Below, in pieces: positions 26,057 to 38,594 of a DNA stretch of 64,000 nt. Position numbers and translations under genes: made by a program. Source of the DNA: Callorhinchus milii (taxonomy: Eukaryota); contig NW_024704742.1 of the NCBI RefSeq assembly GCF_018977255.1, forward strand, positions 13,766,001 to 13,830,000, written 5' to 3'. Positions within the stretch are counted from its first letter, which is position 1; the number at the start of each line of letters is the position of its first letter. The notes below the pieces were generated by a model, which was not told where the DNA came from, ran no database searches, and worked only from the letters and a program-made list of their open reading frames with translations.

Positions 26057-27575
26057 ACATTAGAATACATTAGAATATACAGTACAGAAACAGGCCATTC
26101 GGTCCAACTGGTCTATGCCGGTGTTTATGCTCCACATGAGCCTCCTCCTGCCCTTCCTCGACTAAACCTTCAAGCATAGCCTTCTATTCCTTTCTCCCTC
26201 ATTTCCTATCTTGCTTTCCCTTAAATACATCTAAGCTATTTGCCTCAACAACTCCTTGTGGTAGCATGTTCCACATTCCCACTACTCTCTGTGTGAAGAA
26301 ATTTCTTCTAACTTCCCCATTTGATCTATTTGTGACTATTTTATAATGATGGCCCCTGATTTCGGTCTCCCCCACAAGTGGAAACACTTCCCTATCAAAA
26401 CCCTTCACCATTTTAAAGATCACTATCAGATCACCCCTCACTCTCCTCTTTTCAAGAGAAAAGAGTCCACGTATGGTCAGCCTTTCCTGATAGGTGCAAT
26501 CTCTCAGTTCATCCTTGTGAATCACCTTTGCACCCTCTCCAGTGCCTCTACATCCCTTCTGTAATGTGGGGACCAGAACTGCACAGAGTATTCTATGTGT
26601 GGTCTAACCAAGGTTCTATATTATATATATATATATAAGTTTACCATAACTTCCCTGCTTTTCATTTCTATCCCTCTAGAAATGAACCCCAATGCCTGGT
26701 TTGCTTTTTTTATGGTCTTATTAACCTGCGTTGCTACTTTTAGTGAATTGTGTATGTGTAACCCTAGATCCCTTTGCTCCTTTACCCCATTTAGGTTTTT
26801 ATTTTCCAGGTTGTACGTGACTTCCTTACTTTTTCTAACAAAATGTATCACCTCACACCTTTCTACATTGAAATACATTTGCCATTTAAATGTCCATTCA
26901 GCAAGTTTATCAGGTCTTGCTGTAATTTGTTGCAGTCCTCCTCTGTATTAACTGTTCTCCCCAATTTAGTGTCATCTGCAAATTTTGAAATCGTACTGCT
27001 GATTCCCGAGTCCAAATCATTAATGTATATTGTGAACAACAGTGGTCCCAATACTGATCCTTGTGAACACCACTGCCCACCCCCTGCCAGTCTGAGTAGC
27101 TACCCTTTAACCCTACTCTCTGTTTTCTGTTTTGTAGCCAGCTTGCTATCCATTCGGCTATTTTTCTACATGCTCTGACCTTATTCATTAGTCTATTATG
27201 TGGTACCTTATCGAACGCCTTTTGGAAATCTAAATATATTACATCTATTGCATTACCCTTGTCTACTCTTTCTGTTAGCTCTTCAAAGAATTCAATGAGG
27301 TTGGTCAAGCATGACCTTCCTTTTTGAAATCCGTGCTGACTATTCTTTATTATGTTTTCTGCTTCCAGATGTTTTTCTATTATCTCCTTCAGTGAGGATT
27401 CCATTATCTTTCCTACCACTGATGTTAAGCTGACAGATCTATAGTCCCTGGGCTTGTTCTATTTCCCTTTTTAAATATGCGTATAACATCAGCTATCCTC
27501 CAGTCTTCTGGCAATACTCCCTTTTCTAATGAGTTATATATGTGTAACAGTGCCTCTGCTATCTCTTCCCTAATA
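26057..27575 (-). mobile_element. CR1 LINE, 5'-truncated, with frameshifted RT domain
   Basis: ORFs give SQHGFQKGRSCLTNLIEFFE..YLDFQKAFDKVPH, GPLLFTIYINDL..KFADDTKLG, FNVERCEVIHF and FFTQRVVGMWNMLP; tail repeat ACATTAGAAT x2. Confidence 0.96.
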
Positions 27576-27688
27576 TATTTCCATTATTAACACCTCTTTT
27601 TTCCTATTTTGTTGCCATCCCCCCTTTGTTTTGTATCATTAACACCTCTTCAATCCATCATTCCCTGTTCTCTACCCCAACATGCCCC

Positions 27689-27725
27689 AGTTCTGACGAA
27701 GGTTCGTGAATCCGAAACATTGACT
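27689..27725 (+). ncRNA. Decayed minimal type I hammerhead ribozyme motif in the Penelope-like arm
   Basis: AGTT-CTGACGA-A-GGTTCGTGAATCC-GAAA-CATT-GACT: catalytic core boxes, stem II closed by GG/CC, stem I AGTT/GACT; stem III reads CATT instead of palindromic CGTT. Confidence 0.55.
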
Positions 27726-28898
27726 CACTTTCCTTTCTCCATAGATACTGCCTGACCTGCTGACTGTTCCCACCAACTTCTGTTTTTATACTGAAAAATG
27801 AATTGACTGAATATTTTGTGGGCTAAACGCGGCAGCCATTTGTCCCACAAACAGTCGTGGATTGAGTGACCAAATTATTGTTATTATTTATTTATTTTGG
27901 ATTATTACCCCCGGAAAAGCGATCTGCCAATCAGCTAACAACCAGGTTCTTATTTACTACTAGGTGAACAGAGACATGAACCCAGACATGAACCTCTCGA
28001 ACCCAGGTCATCTCACTTGTGAGGTGAGTGCTCCAACCACTAAGTTACAAGCCACCATATGCAAAGGATAGAACTCTCTTTACAGATGGGGGTTGTGGAA
28101 ATATACAGCCCCAAAAAGTCAACTGGTATATTTGAAGAAGGAGATGGATAGATAATTGAGAGGTATAATGGGTAGGGGCAAAATACAGGAAAACAGAATT
28201 CAAAGATGTGTGCCATAATATTCAAATAATTCAAAGCTTTCCCCACAAAATATACAGTAAATTCACTTTACAATATATTCTGTAAAGAGCTTTGGGACAT
28301 CTCAATGACATGATAATGTGTTATATCAAATGCAAGGATTATTATTATGGTGTAAATATGGAATCCTGCTGGGAACCCGATGTACGTCACATCGATCCAT
28401 GTGATTTCCACTCTGATGTGCGGAGAAGGAGATTGTGTCTGGGTGGAGTAAAGTTATGAGGGTTGGCGCGATTTGCATCCAGGTACTGTCAGGATTAAAA
28501 AATTATAATTATTTGAAAATCATAGTTGTGAATATCACATTTTCAACCGCATTACTAACTATTGTGCCAGAGCAGTGTAGCACGACATGGCTAAGTGTTC
28601 ATTATAGGGTAGAATGCTCTCCTCACAGAACAAGTGAGTGAAGTATCTGCAGCAGCAGAATCAAATCAGCAACAGCCCTACTGGAGGTAAACATAACCAC
28701 AGGTACATTCGCTGCTGAATATGTTGATACCATTGAGCATTCACCAGGCGAGGAAATGAGTATTGGTTAAGAAGAGATAGAGGTTGTATGGGTGATGAAG
28801 TGCCAGCTACAGATCTGCTTTCAGCAGAGGCCCTTGTGCGAAGTCACTTGCATTTATATAACTATTATTGGAAGATCGTGGAGTCCTGTAGCTCAGGT

Positions 28899-29220
28899 GG
28901 AGTCCTGTAGCTCAGTGGTTAGAGCACTCGCTTTGCAAGTGAGAGACCCGAGTTCAATTCCAGGCAGGGCGAAACCTTGGGCAAGTTTCCTTACTCTACA
29001 CGCCTAATAATAATCCCTCCAAAAACCAAAAACAATAATAAATTGGTCATTTTCAATCTACGACTGTTTGTGGGACATTGCAGTGCGCAATTGGCTGCCG
29101 CGTTCGCCCACAAATATACAGTCAATTCACTTTACAATGTGTTCTGTGAAGCGCTTTGGGACGTCCTCCCGACGTGAAAAGCGCTATATCAAATGCAAGG
29201 ATTATTATTATTATTATTAT
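28899..29220 (+). mobile_element. tRNA-derived SINE, short variant, CTCCC-loop tail (young), preceded by duplicated head 28878-28896
   Basis: Full length, (ATT)n tail. Confidence 0.96.
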
Positions 29221-30101
29221 GGTCTGTGCAGAGTGATAGTCGTGATATTCTATACCAGTGCGATGTGTAATGTGCACTGAACCAACAGCAAATGTCCACC
29301 ATAACTTGCAATTAAGGCTACCATTCCGGGCTCGGTTTAACTAATGCAAAATGTGTTGTAACTCAGACACGCTTTGCCTGGTATTCATTGGGTTCGGGAA
29401 ACCAATTGTTTAAAGGAGAAGGATATAAATTAGTCATTTTATTTTCCACCTTGCTTTGTCTGATTTTTTATTTATTAGTTAACTATCTTTTTCTTTTTGT
29501 GGATTAATTTCTTGTAATAGTCACAAGTTTGTAGGCACAAACACCTCTGTCATTATATGTAAAGTCACTTTCACTTTAAGTATTGCACATTCTGGGTTAG
29601 GACTGACAGCAATTAATCTAGTCGGTAGATTTCTGTTCAGTCAGAAGAATCAAACTATCAATTTTTATGCCCAAATTGTATTTGTACTGTACTTGGCATT
29701 CCATCTGCTTTCGGAAAGCTAATAAGATAAACACATTCATATTGCGGGGAATAACAGTGTAATATCTAAAGGCAATAAAGAAATAACTGAAAATTTGACT
29801 GATGTTATAGTTTACAGCACACCGAGCTTTGTGTGACCAAGGTTCCAGCTGTCATTGCTGTGAGACCCACCAAGACACCAGTGAGCTCAGATTCAGCACA
29901 AGGCCTAAAGTGGCATATCTCATTAATTTAGACACAATGTATTTAATTTACACTTGTCAGCAAGTCAATTCCCAGTGCAGTCCACTGTGCAGCGTCTAAC
30001 ATGCTGCTGAAATTGGTTAGGCAGACAAGATATTAAAAAAAGGTTGTACTTTCTTCCAGTACAGACAGTGAATGATGGAATGCCTCAAACCTGACATTAT
30101 T

Positions 30102-30338
30102 GAAAACGAAATTCCACCCGGTCTAGATTTACTGTTTTCTTAGCATTTCGGAGCCTACAGGATTCGGCAAGTTCGTAATTACAGTTTTAATTTTTTGGCA
30201 GGTTTTCTGGAAGATTGTTCAGGAGATGCAGAAAGGCAATTTCAAAAGTAAGACTGAATTTAACAATTTGCCAGATTTTGGACGCTCTAAATTAGTAGGA
30301 AAATACAGAAAATCGAAACTCACACAGAATTTCTCCCC
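30102..30338. mobile_element. Foldback MITE-like element (about 235 bp imperfect palindrome)
   Basis: 30166-30194 vs reverse complement of 30244-30272 is 22/29; outer arms also pair; right terminus reads GGGGAGAAATTC on the minus strand. Confidence 0.6.
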
Positions 30339-30924
30339 AAAGCAGTACTGCAGGTTGTTAACTGAATAGTACAGTTCAAATAAACCTCTTACAAAGAAGA
30401 ATGTTAAACTAAAGATAAATTGCTCAAGCATTGGACAAATCAGCTAAGCAAACAATAGTTTACACTGCCCTTGTTTTGGGTAAGGAGTATATTAAAAGCA
30501 AAATAATGCAAATTTCCTAAATGTCTTTATTTTGCTAGTAATATTTTTTCAAGTTATTTAATTATACGGTATTAAATATATGAATCAATGTGAATTGAAA
30601 CAAAAGCTGACATGAACAGTTTTACATTTTGTCTTGCTTTGAGTATCATATTATGTGCACCTTTTGGCTCTGACAGAGCTAATCAATATAGTGACAGGCA
30701 TTAGAGTGGCCATCCATTTGGTTCTGCTTTGGACAGTACAGTTTTGAATATTGAGTGTCTGGAAATGTACAGAATGTAAACTTAACGCTAAGAGTTTTTT
30801 CCTAAAACATACAGGTTATTTTTATATTTTTGAGTCATTAATAATCAATATTTTATTAAGATGGTAAATGCAGAACCTAAACCCTGCCTTGGAATTGGTT
30901 ATTGTTGAACTAAACGTTGCCAGG

Positions 30925-31275
30925 CTTCATTGCCTCTGTATTCCCCCATGAACTGGCTTTAAATTCTTGTTCTTATTTTCAAATATCTTCATGGTCTTGC
31001 ACCACCCTACCTCTGCGAACACTTACAATTCCTACCTACTCCTATTCTGCCAAATCAAACCTGCTTCACTGCTTCATGCCCTCCACCCCACTATCATTAC
31101 TCAAGCTTTTTGACAATTTGTCCCCATGTTTTGGAAACCTCCCCCAAAATCCCATTGTCTTGCTCCATCCCTCTCTGCTTTCAAAATCCATCTACCCCTA
31201 CTCTACCAAACTGTAAAGCATTTTGAAATGTTCTCCTGTGTGAAGAGTGATATATAAGTGCAAACAGTTGTTGTT
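30925..31275 (+). mobile_element. Highly degraded L2 3' fragment
   Basis: TTAAATTCTTGTTCTTATTTTCAAA..CATGGTCTTGCACCACCCTACCTCTG; tail ending GTTGTTGTT. Confidence 0.65.
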
Positions 31276-33529
31276 AGTAAAAGGTGGCAAGCCCGAGCAA
31301 TCTTTGATTCAAAATTCATTCCTAAAGTCCAAAGAAAATGTAACAAGGACTACTTTTGAATTGTATGTGTTGGTACCATGACTTCCACAAAAACATCTAA
31401 ACATTTCCATCCAGAGTTAAAAGCAAATAAAATTGAATGAAGCCCATAGACAGTGTAAAAAAAACTCTATTGTGCACTTGACGTCCCTCATTCTATTTCT
31501 TGGGGAAAGCTTAACATTGATTACAGAGTTATTTATGGAAAATAATTCTGAATATGCTGCCATCCCATGGCTCTACGATCTACCCACAAAATACACACAC
31601 CCACATCATGTTACAATATATGCTGTGAAGCGCTTTGAGACATCTTGATGATGTGATGAGGTGCTATATCAAATGCAAGGATTATTATTATTACTATTAT
31701 TATTATTATTATTTCAACCCTGGTCTCCAATCTCCATAAGAAACGATGTGTCCTTCCCTGCTTCCTGTATCTTTCTTTCCCTCACATGGACTAATTCTTT
31801 ATCTCAGTCAGTATCTACCCTGATACGGTTCCCAAGTGGATAACACTCAGTTATTTCTTATGGGAGTTAATTGACACATTGCCTGCTTTCGCTGGGAGTT
31901 AATTCCGCATGCTGTACTCTATTCTGTGGGGAAAACTTTTTCCTTCAATCTATCATCCTACTTGAGACATTTGTTAAATTTTAAACTTATGCCATTCAGT
32001 ACTACGCTCACAGCCTACATTAAATATACTGCTTAGATTCCAGCGCATTCAAGACTTGTGGATCATTCCCTCCCCATCTGCATCATGTAAGTTGAGCTCT
32101 GCAATCCTCTTCTCACAAATTGGTGTTTTAAGTTCCAAAATCATCCTTCTCCGAACAATCTCCAAGGCTCCTGTGGTGGAGACACACTTTACCCTCCAAG
32201 CAGTTTCCTCGTGTGAGATAGCATTTGTACTGCAATTTTCCACACAAACACTCTTTGTGCCTCAATATTTCAATTGTGGGCTTATCAGTGATCTACCTGG
32301 TTCAGAACAGCTTATTGTGATTTAAAGACACATTCCGTCAGGATACAAACTAGAATGTGATTGTTATTGTTGACAGCAGCTGCTCATTGTTAGGAAACCT
32401 TCAGTGACTGATCAATAATTACAGCTAAATCATTCTCGTTGATTTCAGACCTGAATAAATTTCAAGAGGCACTTTTTAACGACTGTCTAAATGCACTTCA
32501 TCTAACCAAGCAACTTTAAACGTGTACGTCTATTGCTGAACTTATTATTGCCACATGTTCTAATTCACTGCTGCTTAACTTATCACTGGCAAGAAGTTTA
32601 AGAAGTTAGTTGAATTTCCTTCTCTCAGGGGTTGAAATTCCATCCACTACATAGCAAATGTGATTATGTATTAAGATGGAGTCCATAAATGTACATGTCA
32701 AATTCCTGTGGGTTGCTTGCCTGTGTTTTGTGGAGTTATGACTGTGTTGTCAATCCAGTGGAAATTACTTCTGATGATCACTTGTTCTAGAATAATTTTA
32801 ATTAGATGGGAAATTGTGTTATAATGAGAGTAACATTGGCACTGCATAAATACGTCTGTTTGAAGCATCATAGAACTAGTGTTGACTTGGTGGACAGAAG
32901 ACTGAGTGACTTTGGGAAAAAAATGATGACCTCTTATGGATTTTCTGTCAGGAAGTACTTAGGCTCTTGTAACCATTACAATCAGCCATTTCTTAACTTT
33001 TGACTATTCATCATGTGCAGGTCATTTTGGTTGCCCTAAAAGAAGAGGCCAGATTTACAGCAAGGGTTCGGGGAGGCAAGAAGGCAGCACCAAATGGCAG
33101 ATAAAGAGACTGACAGAGGAATTATGGGGCATCTCCAACTGCCCTATTGAACTGGAGGCAAACCACACCCTCCTAACAGACTCCACAATACAGGTAGACA
33201 TTTAAGGATGTGAAACCAGAAAAGGGCGTAAGGTGCCTAAGGCTGACCACAGCTGGCTCTTTCTGCCCACTTTGCAGTTAAAAATCGTTATCTTCAAGGT
33301 GCTTTGTTTTGCAGCAATGCTTCCTGTCCACTTTTGTTTGCACTCCCGAAATGCACTGTGATCCACAGCATGCTATCCCATGATTTACATGGCTCCTCTG
33401 TGATGCCTTTCTCTGGGAGGCAACATGCTTTGCTACTGTTGGGCACAGTTAGACTGTAGGCGCTCCAAGATGCTATCCCATGTAAAGCGTACTATATAAA
33501 AACGAGTTTTCGTCATCAATTTAATATAG

Positions 33530-33750
33530 TTAGTAAACAAGCAGATGGGGAGATTCAGAGATTCTTTTCATGTACAGAGTAGTTAGGATATGGAATGCCC
33601 AGCAGAGAATGGTGGTTGAGGCAGAATCTGTGTTAGGTTTCAAAAGGGAACTAGACTGAAATAGAGTAAACTGCAGGGGTATGGGGAAAGAGCAGGTAAT
33701 GGGACTGAAAGGATTGCCCTTTAAAAGAGCTGGCACAGTCACAATGGACC
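33530..33750 (+). mobile_element. CR1 3' fragment
   Basis: CAGAGTAGTTAGGATATGGAATG..GGTTGAGGCAG..TTCAAAAGGGAACTAGAC; similar to 57478-57745. Confidence 0.8.
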
Positions 33751-33754
33751 AAAG

Positions 33755-34180
33755 TCCCGTCTGCCTGTTTTGGTGGACGTTCAAGATCCCATGACACTAT
33801 CCAAAAAGCGAAGGGAGTTTCACCCAGTGTCATGACTAACCATCCCCCCAAATAAAAAATGTTAGTAATTCATTGCATTGCTGTGTGCAATTGTGCTGCC
33901 ACATTTGCCTACAAAGATACAGTCACTCCATTTCACAGTAATTCCTGTGAACCGCTTTGAGACGTCCTTCCAACATGATAAGGCACTATATTTTCATTGG
34001 CTGCCCCATTTCATCCACAATGTACACAATCACTACACTTTACAATATATTCTGTGAAGCGCTTTGGGATGTTGGAATGACGTGCGATAAGGCGCTATAT
34101 AAAATGCAAGGATTAGCATTATATCAAATGCAAGGATTATTATATTAAATGCAAGGATTATTATATTATTATTATTATGC
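33755..34180 (+). mobile_element. Deu-SINE 3' part followed by a second SINE tail with triplicated terminus
   Basis: CCCGTCTGCCTG..GGTGGACGTTCAAGATCCCATGACACTAT; two successive GCTGCC..TGTGAA..GATAAGGC tails. Confidence 0.75.
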
Positions 34181-35359
34181 ACCCTCTCACCAAGGAGGGA
34201 TACCTAATTCCCAATATGATTAGGCACAGGCTGTGAAGCCCAGAATGTATGTACAGGGATACTAATGCGAAGACCACATAGCTTGCCATTGAAAGCACTG
34301 TCTGGCAAACTTTCCACTACTTATCCAGCTATCCATTAGGGCTTTGGCTTGGAGGAATAATTGGAGGTGAGTGGGAATAAGTCCTGCTCCCAGTGACTGA
34401 ATACAAAAATATGATTTAATGAAGCTAGAATATTAAACTGACGTTACTTTCTTCAAAACAAGACAACAATTTCTACAACTGACTGACAACAAAAGACCTA
34501 AGCAGTTCTGGCACACAAAAGAAGCAAAGAACACTATGATACACATGAATGATTGAACAGTTTTGGCAGGATTCAAAATAGCACAATATCAAACCATAGG
34601 TTACTGGTGGAAAATACAGCTGCACATTCCTTACAGAACAAAATATGTGCATTACCAGAAACAATGAACTTAATGAATGAAATAAATTCTGGTTCCTACA
34701 TCATTTATTGCAGTGTTGGTGTGAGAGACCACAAATATTGGAATAGGTCCTCATTTTCTCAAGTCAATTGATTTTAAAACTAATAGTTCATTAACTGATG
34801 CTTTTAGTTCAATTGCTGCTGCGTTAAATCTATAACAATAAATGGGGTGTGGCGTTAAATGGTGAAAGCAGCTTTACGGGCCAAAGTGAACATTCCACTT
34901 AGGAGTAATTGAGCAGTAAAGTTATTGGTACTCTGATTGTATGGCCTTGCTCAAACATTTGTAAACACCAGGTTCTTCAGATGATAAGTGGAATCTGAAT
35001 ATCTTTCACCTGTGCCAGCATTCGTGTATGAGTGAAAGACAACATAGAGCATGTGAGAGGAGAGGAGGTATTCTCAGTGATTTACTTTGGAAATTAAAAT
35101 GCTCTTGGCTTGCTGGAAGATGAAAGTGAAATCATCAAGTCTTCACCAAAGAATTTGACAATATACAAATGAGATGGTGTTAAGTGCATATGTAAGTATT
35201 ATTACTTTTTGGAAGTATTAATACATTATGTGAGCAGTTTGAGGGCATTACTGTACAGTGCAACCGCACATTTTATTCAACCCTCAGCTATCTTCGCTTC
35301 CACATGTTTAGTCCCTGCTTCTGACCCCTTTTCTTTATCGCCCACCTCTGTCCCTTACT

Positions 35360-35825
35360 CACAACCAATTTGGCTTGAAAGCCTGATCCACATCTTTGTT
35401 TCCTCCAGTCTGGGTTTCTCCAATGCTCTTCTCGCTGGTCTCTTCAGCTTCGCAATCTCCAGCTCATCCAAAATTCATCCACTTGCATCTTTACCTTGAC
35501 TAAGTTTTGAATGCCCATCACCGCAATCCATGTCAGGCTCCGCTGGCTCCTAGTAGATCAACTTCAGGATCCTCACTTTGTGATGTTCACCCCGCTACTC
35601 CACCATTGGCAGTCAAGCCTTCAGCCACTGTACCCCTACCCTCTGGAACTCCCCAACCGCCCCCCTCCCCAACTCCCCCCACCTCCGTCTCAGTCCCTCT
35701 CTAATTGTCTTTGAAAACCTCCTGAAAATCTGCCTCTTTTTACAGTGTCTACAAACACCTATGAAGCACTTCAAGATGTTACCCTACATGCAGGGCGCTA
35801 TATAAATGCAAGTTGTTATTATTAT
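35360..35825 (+). mobile_element. Degraded L2 3' fragment
   Basis: ORF remnant LESLIHIFVSSSLGFSNALLAGL; tail GGCGCTATATAAATGCAAGTTGTTATT. Confidence 0.75.
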
Positions 35826-37039
35826 TGATACTTTGTTCCAACAATAGACTGAAATCTTGTGATAGGCAATAGTAAAACGAAATGCCTATGAATGTGCTTT
35901 GTATCCTGTGAATGCACAGTTACCAAATTAATCACATTCATTCACTTTGAGTCAGGAATTACGGAAAAAAATAAACAATCACTGATGTAGAATTTAATTA
36001 TTTTGATGCCTGCATTATATTTCTTGAGTAAGCTAGGTGCCGCTGCATTTGATTTCCTGCACCACTAGACATTATGTAGAACAATATCTCCCATTATCAT
36101 TAAATAACATCTCTTATGACCTTGTGTCTCTGAGTTCCTAGAATCCTTGGCACTTCTACTTTGGCGGTAAGTATCTGACAGTCAAGAGTTTGTGGCTTTC
36201 TCATTCCCATAGGTTTGATTCCCAGAAAGGCACAATTCAAGAACCTGATCCTTAGATTTATAGATTTTACTGCTTCCATCCAGTAGCAGCTTTGCAAGTA
36301 AACACACAGAAATCGAAAAGAAATGTTTGAATAAACTAATATTGCTATAAAGCTATTGAATGTGATATCCAGAGCCTCTGCGATACTATCTTATTTTTTT
36401 TCTCTCTCTAGTTACCAGATTCATATTAAAATTGCTGAGGATATGCAGCAGCATCTTATTGTTATTTCAAATGGAATGGTATTTTCTTGGTAGTCATTTA
36501 GCAAAAAAAAAAGCCTTTTGTCTGATCTTGGTAACTAGGATAAATTAGATTTTCTTTAGTGGCTGTTAAAAAATGCAAACGGTTGTAGAATAGAATGCCT
36601 AATGTTAATTTTGCTGAGTTCTCTATTACTTCTTAAATAAAAGTGTGTGAAGCTGCATGCAACACTAGATACTTGGGAAATTACTGTGCTGGGCAGATGG
36701 GTTTTTCATTATCTGTTGTAAAGAATTACAAGCTCCGTATTGGCATGTTTTGTATTGAAATTGCTGCTTATCCGTCTGTAAGATACTAATTTTCAGGTCG
36801 ACTGTTCAAAACACTATCTAAATCTTTCTGATTTCAGTGGAACATCTGGTTAGACTGGTGCCATCAGAGTCATTATATGGGAGTTGAAGGAAAGCAGGCT
36901 GTTCTCTATCTGACTTCCTCCAGTGAATCAGCTTCTGGGGCTTGAACATTCGTGTGTCAGCCTAGCTCAGATGGTAGCATGCTGGCCTCTGGTTCAAAAG
37001 ATTTTTGATTCAGTGAAAGCTGCCACATTTGCCTATAGG

Positions 37040-37460
37040 TGTAGTCCTGGCATTTAATGTAGAGCTTTCTGATGTCTTCGAGACATATCAAACTGCTTAA
37101 CGAAATTTTACTCTGAAATGCAATGACTGTGTATTTGTAGGCAAACCCAGCAGCCAATGTATGCACATCTGTGTTGCACAAACAGTCATTAAGTGAATGA
37201 TCAACATTATTTAGGGGATTGTTGGCCAGGTTACAGGAGAAACTCACTTCCCTTTTCGAACATTGTCTTGGGACCTCGATTAACGTCTCATCTGACTATG
37301 CAACATATTTCTAATAATATTTATATACTGCAAAGTGAATTGACTGTATATTTTGTGGGTGAAATTTTGTAGCACCTTATTGGAGTGTTAGCCTAGACTT
37401 CGAGGTCAATGACCTGATATGAGGCTTGATTCCACAACATTCTGGCTTAGAGGCGAGACA
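37040..37460 (-). mobile_element. Deu-domain SINE relic
   Basis: CAGCAGCCAAT..TTGGCCAGG..TTAACGTCTCATCTGA; head GGCTTGATTCCACAACATTCTGGCTTAGAGGCGAGA. Confidence 0.7.
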
Positions 37461-38594
37461 GTCACTACACTTTACAGTAAATCCTGTGAAACTCTATCCT
37501 ACCTGAAGGGCACTATATAAATGCAAGTTGTTGTTGTTCACATTTAGACATTCCTAAAGTATTGAATTGAGTCAATCGTGGATGGCTATTCTGGGATTTA
37601 CTTGGGAACGGTTGCAAAGCAGCAATTGCAGAAGGCTTGAAGCAGGTTCCCAGTTTATCACTGTCTGATGGATAATTACATTTCATAAAAAGGAAATGGA
37701 AAATTCAAAGTTTTCACCACAACCTGTTGTGCCTGTGATACTGGATGGTGGAGGTGGGGGCATGGAAGGGTGTTGGTGGAGTGAGAGAAGAAACCAAAGC
37801 TAGAGGAGAAAAAAATAGCATTGTAAGTAAGTAAAACTGTATTGAACACAGTGCCAGCCAGAAATGACATCCAGAGCTTTGAAACGCGGATTTAATCTGA
37901 TATCTATGGGAACTAGAAAGCCAGATGCTCAGTAAGCCCTGATAAGAGAAGTGAGCTAAAAATTCACAGTAACTCCTTAGATGTGGGGGAAATATAGTAT
38001 ATTTAATATTTTCTGTTGTCCCAGTGGTAGAGAGAATTAGAATTTAAATCGGCTTATTGTGCATTGGTGCCTAAAGGTATGATTTAATATGTATTGCTTC
38101 CCACAGCATAGAGTAATGCCTATGCCACGTGTCAATGATATTACAATGAAGTTTCAGGTGTAAGAATTTGCTGAAATTGTCATTGTTGCACTTGGTGCAA
38201 TTGCCAAGCAATCTATCATTTTATCCTAGTTTAATAAAACATTTAAAGATTAGATTGGGGTCTACCGGGGATGGGGGGCAGGGTGGGATATGGTTTGCAA
38301 TGCAACAATTATTATTGGTGATAATTTTCATAGCATGAGACAGTCCACTCCTTGACATGTCCCAGACAAATTTGCTGTGGAAATTAACCTCCTGACTTCA
38401 GAAAAATGCTTTCATCCTGAATTCTCTTCATACAGATGTTGAGCCAGTCGCTAATGCTTTTTATTCTGCCTCAAACTCTGATCTCAACATTTCAGGAAAT
38501 GCCATCTAAGTCCACTTTGATGAATTACATCCTACATTTTTCAACCTGAGAAAAGACAGGCTCTGGGTTGTGAAAGGCAATTCCTTCTTTGGGT

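Larger units (their letters stand above)
25859..27786. mobile_element. Penelope-like element terminal remnant with inverted arms (25859-26055 and 27580-27786), interrupted by CR1
   Basis: Arms are inverted copies (25892-25921 vs 27757-27786, 26/30; 25996-26012 vs 27663-27679, 17/17); right arm carries CTGACGA..GAAAC. Confidence 0.7.
25770..28043 (-). mobile_element. Long-variant tRNA SINE split into 25770-25857 and 27787-28043 by nested insertions
   Basis: Tail breaks at TATACTTGTAAAGTGAA and resumes TATACTGAAAAATGAATTGACTG; extra module and head at 27910-28043. Confidence 0.8.

Noticed and set aside
30202..30369. Exon candidate after TTTTTTGGCAG
   Set aside because: Lies inside the foldback element; peptide not recognisable
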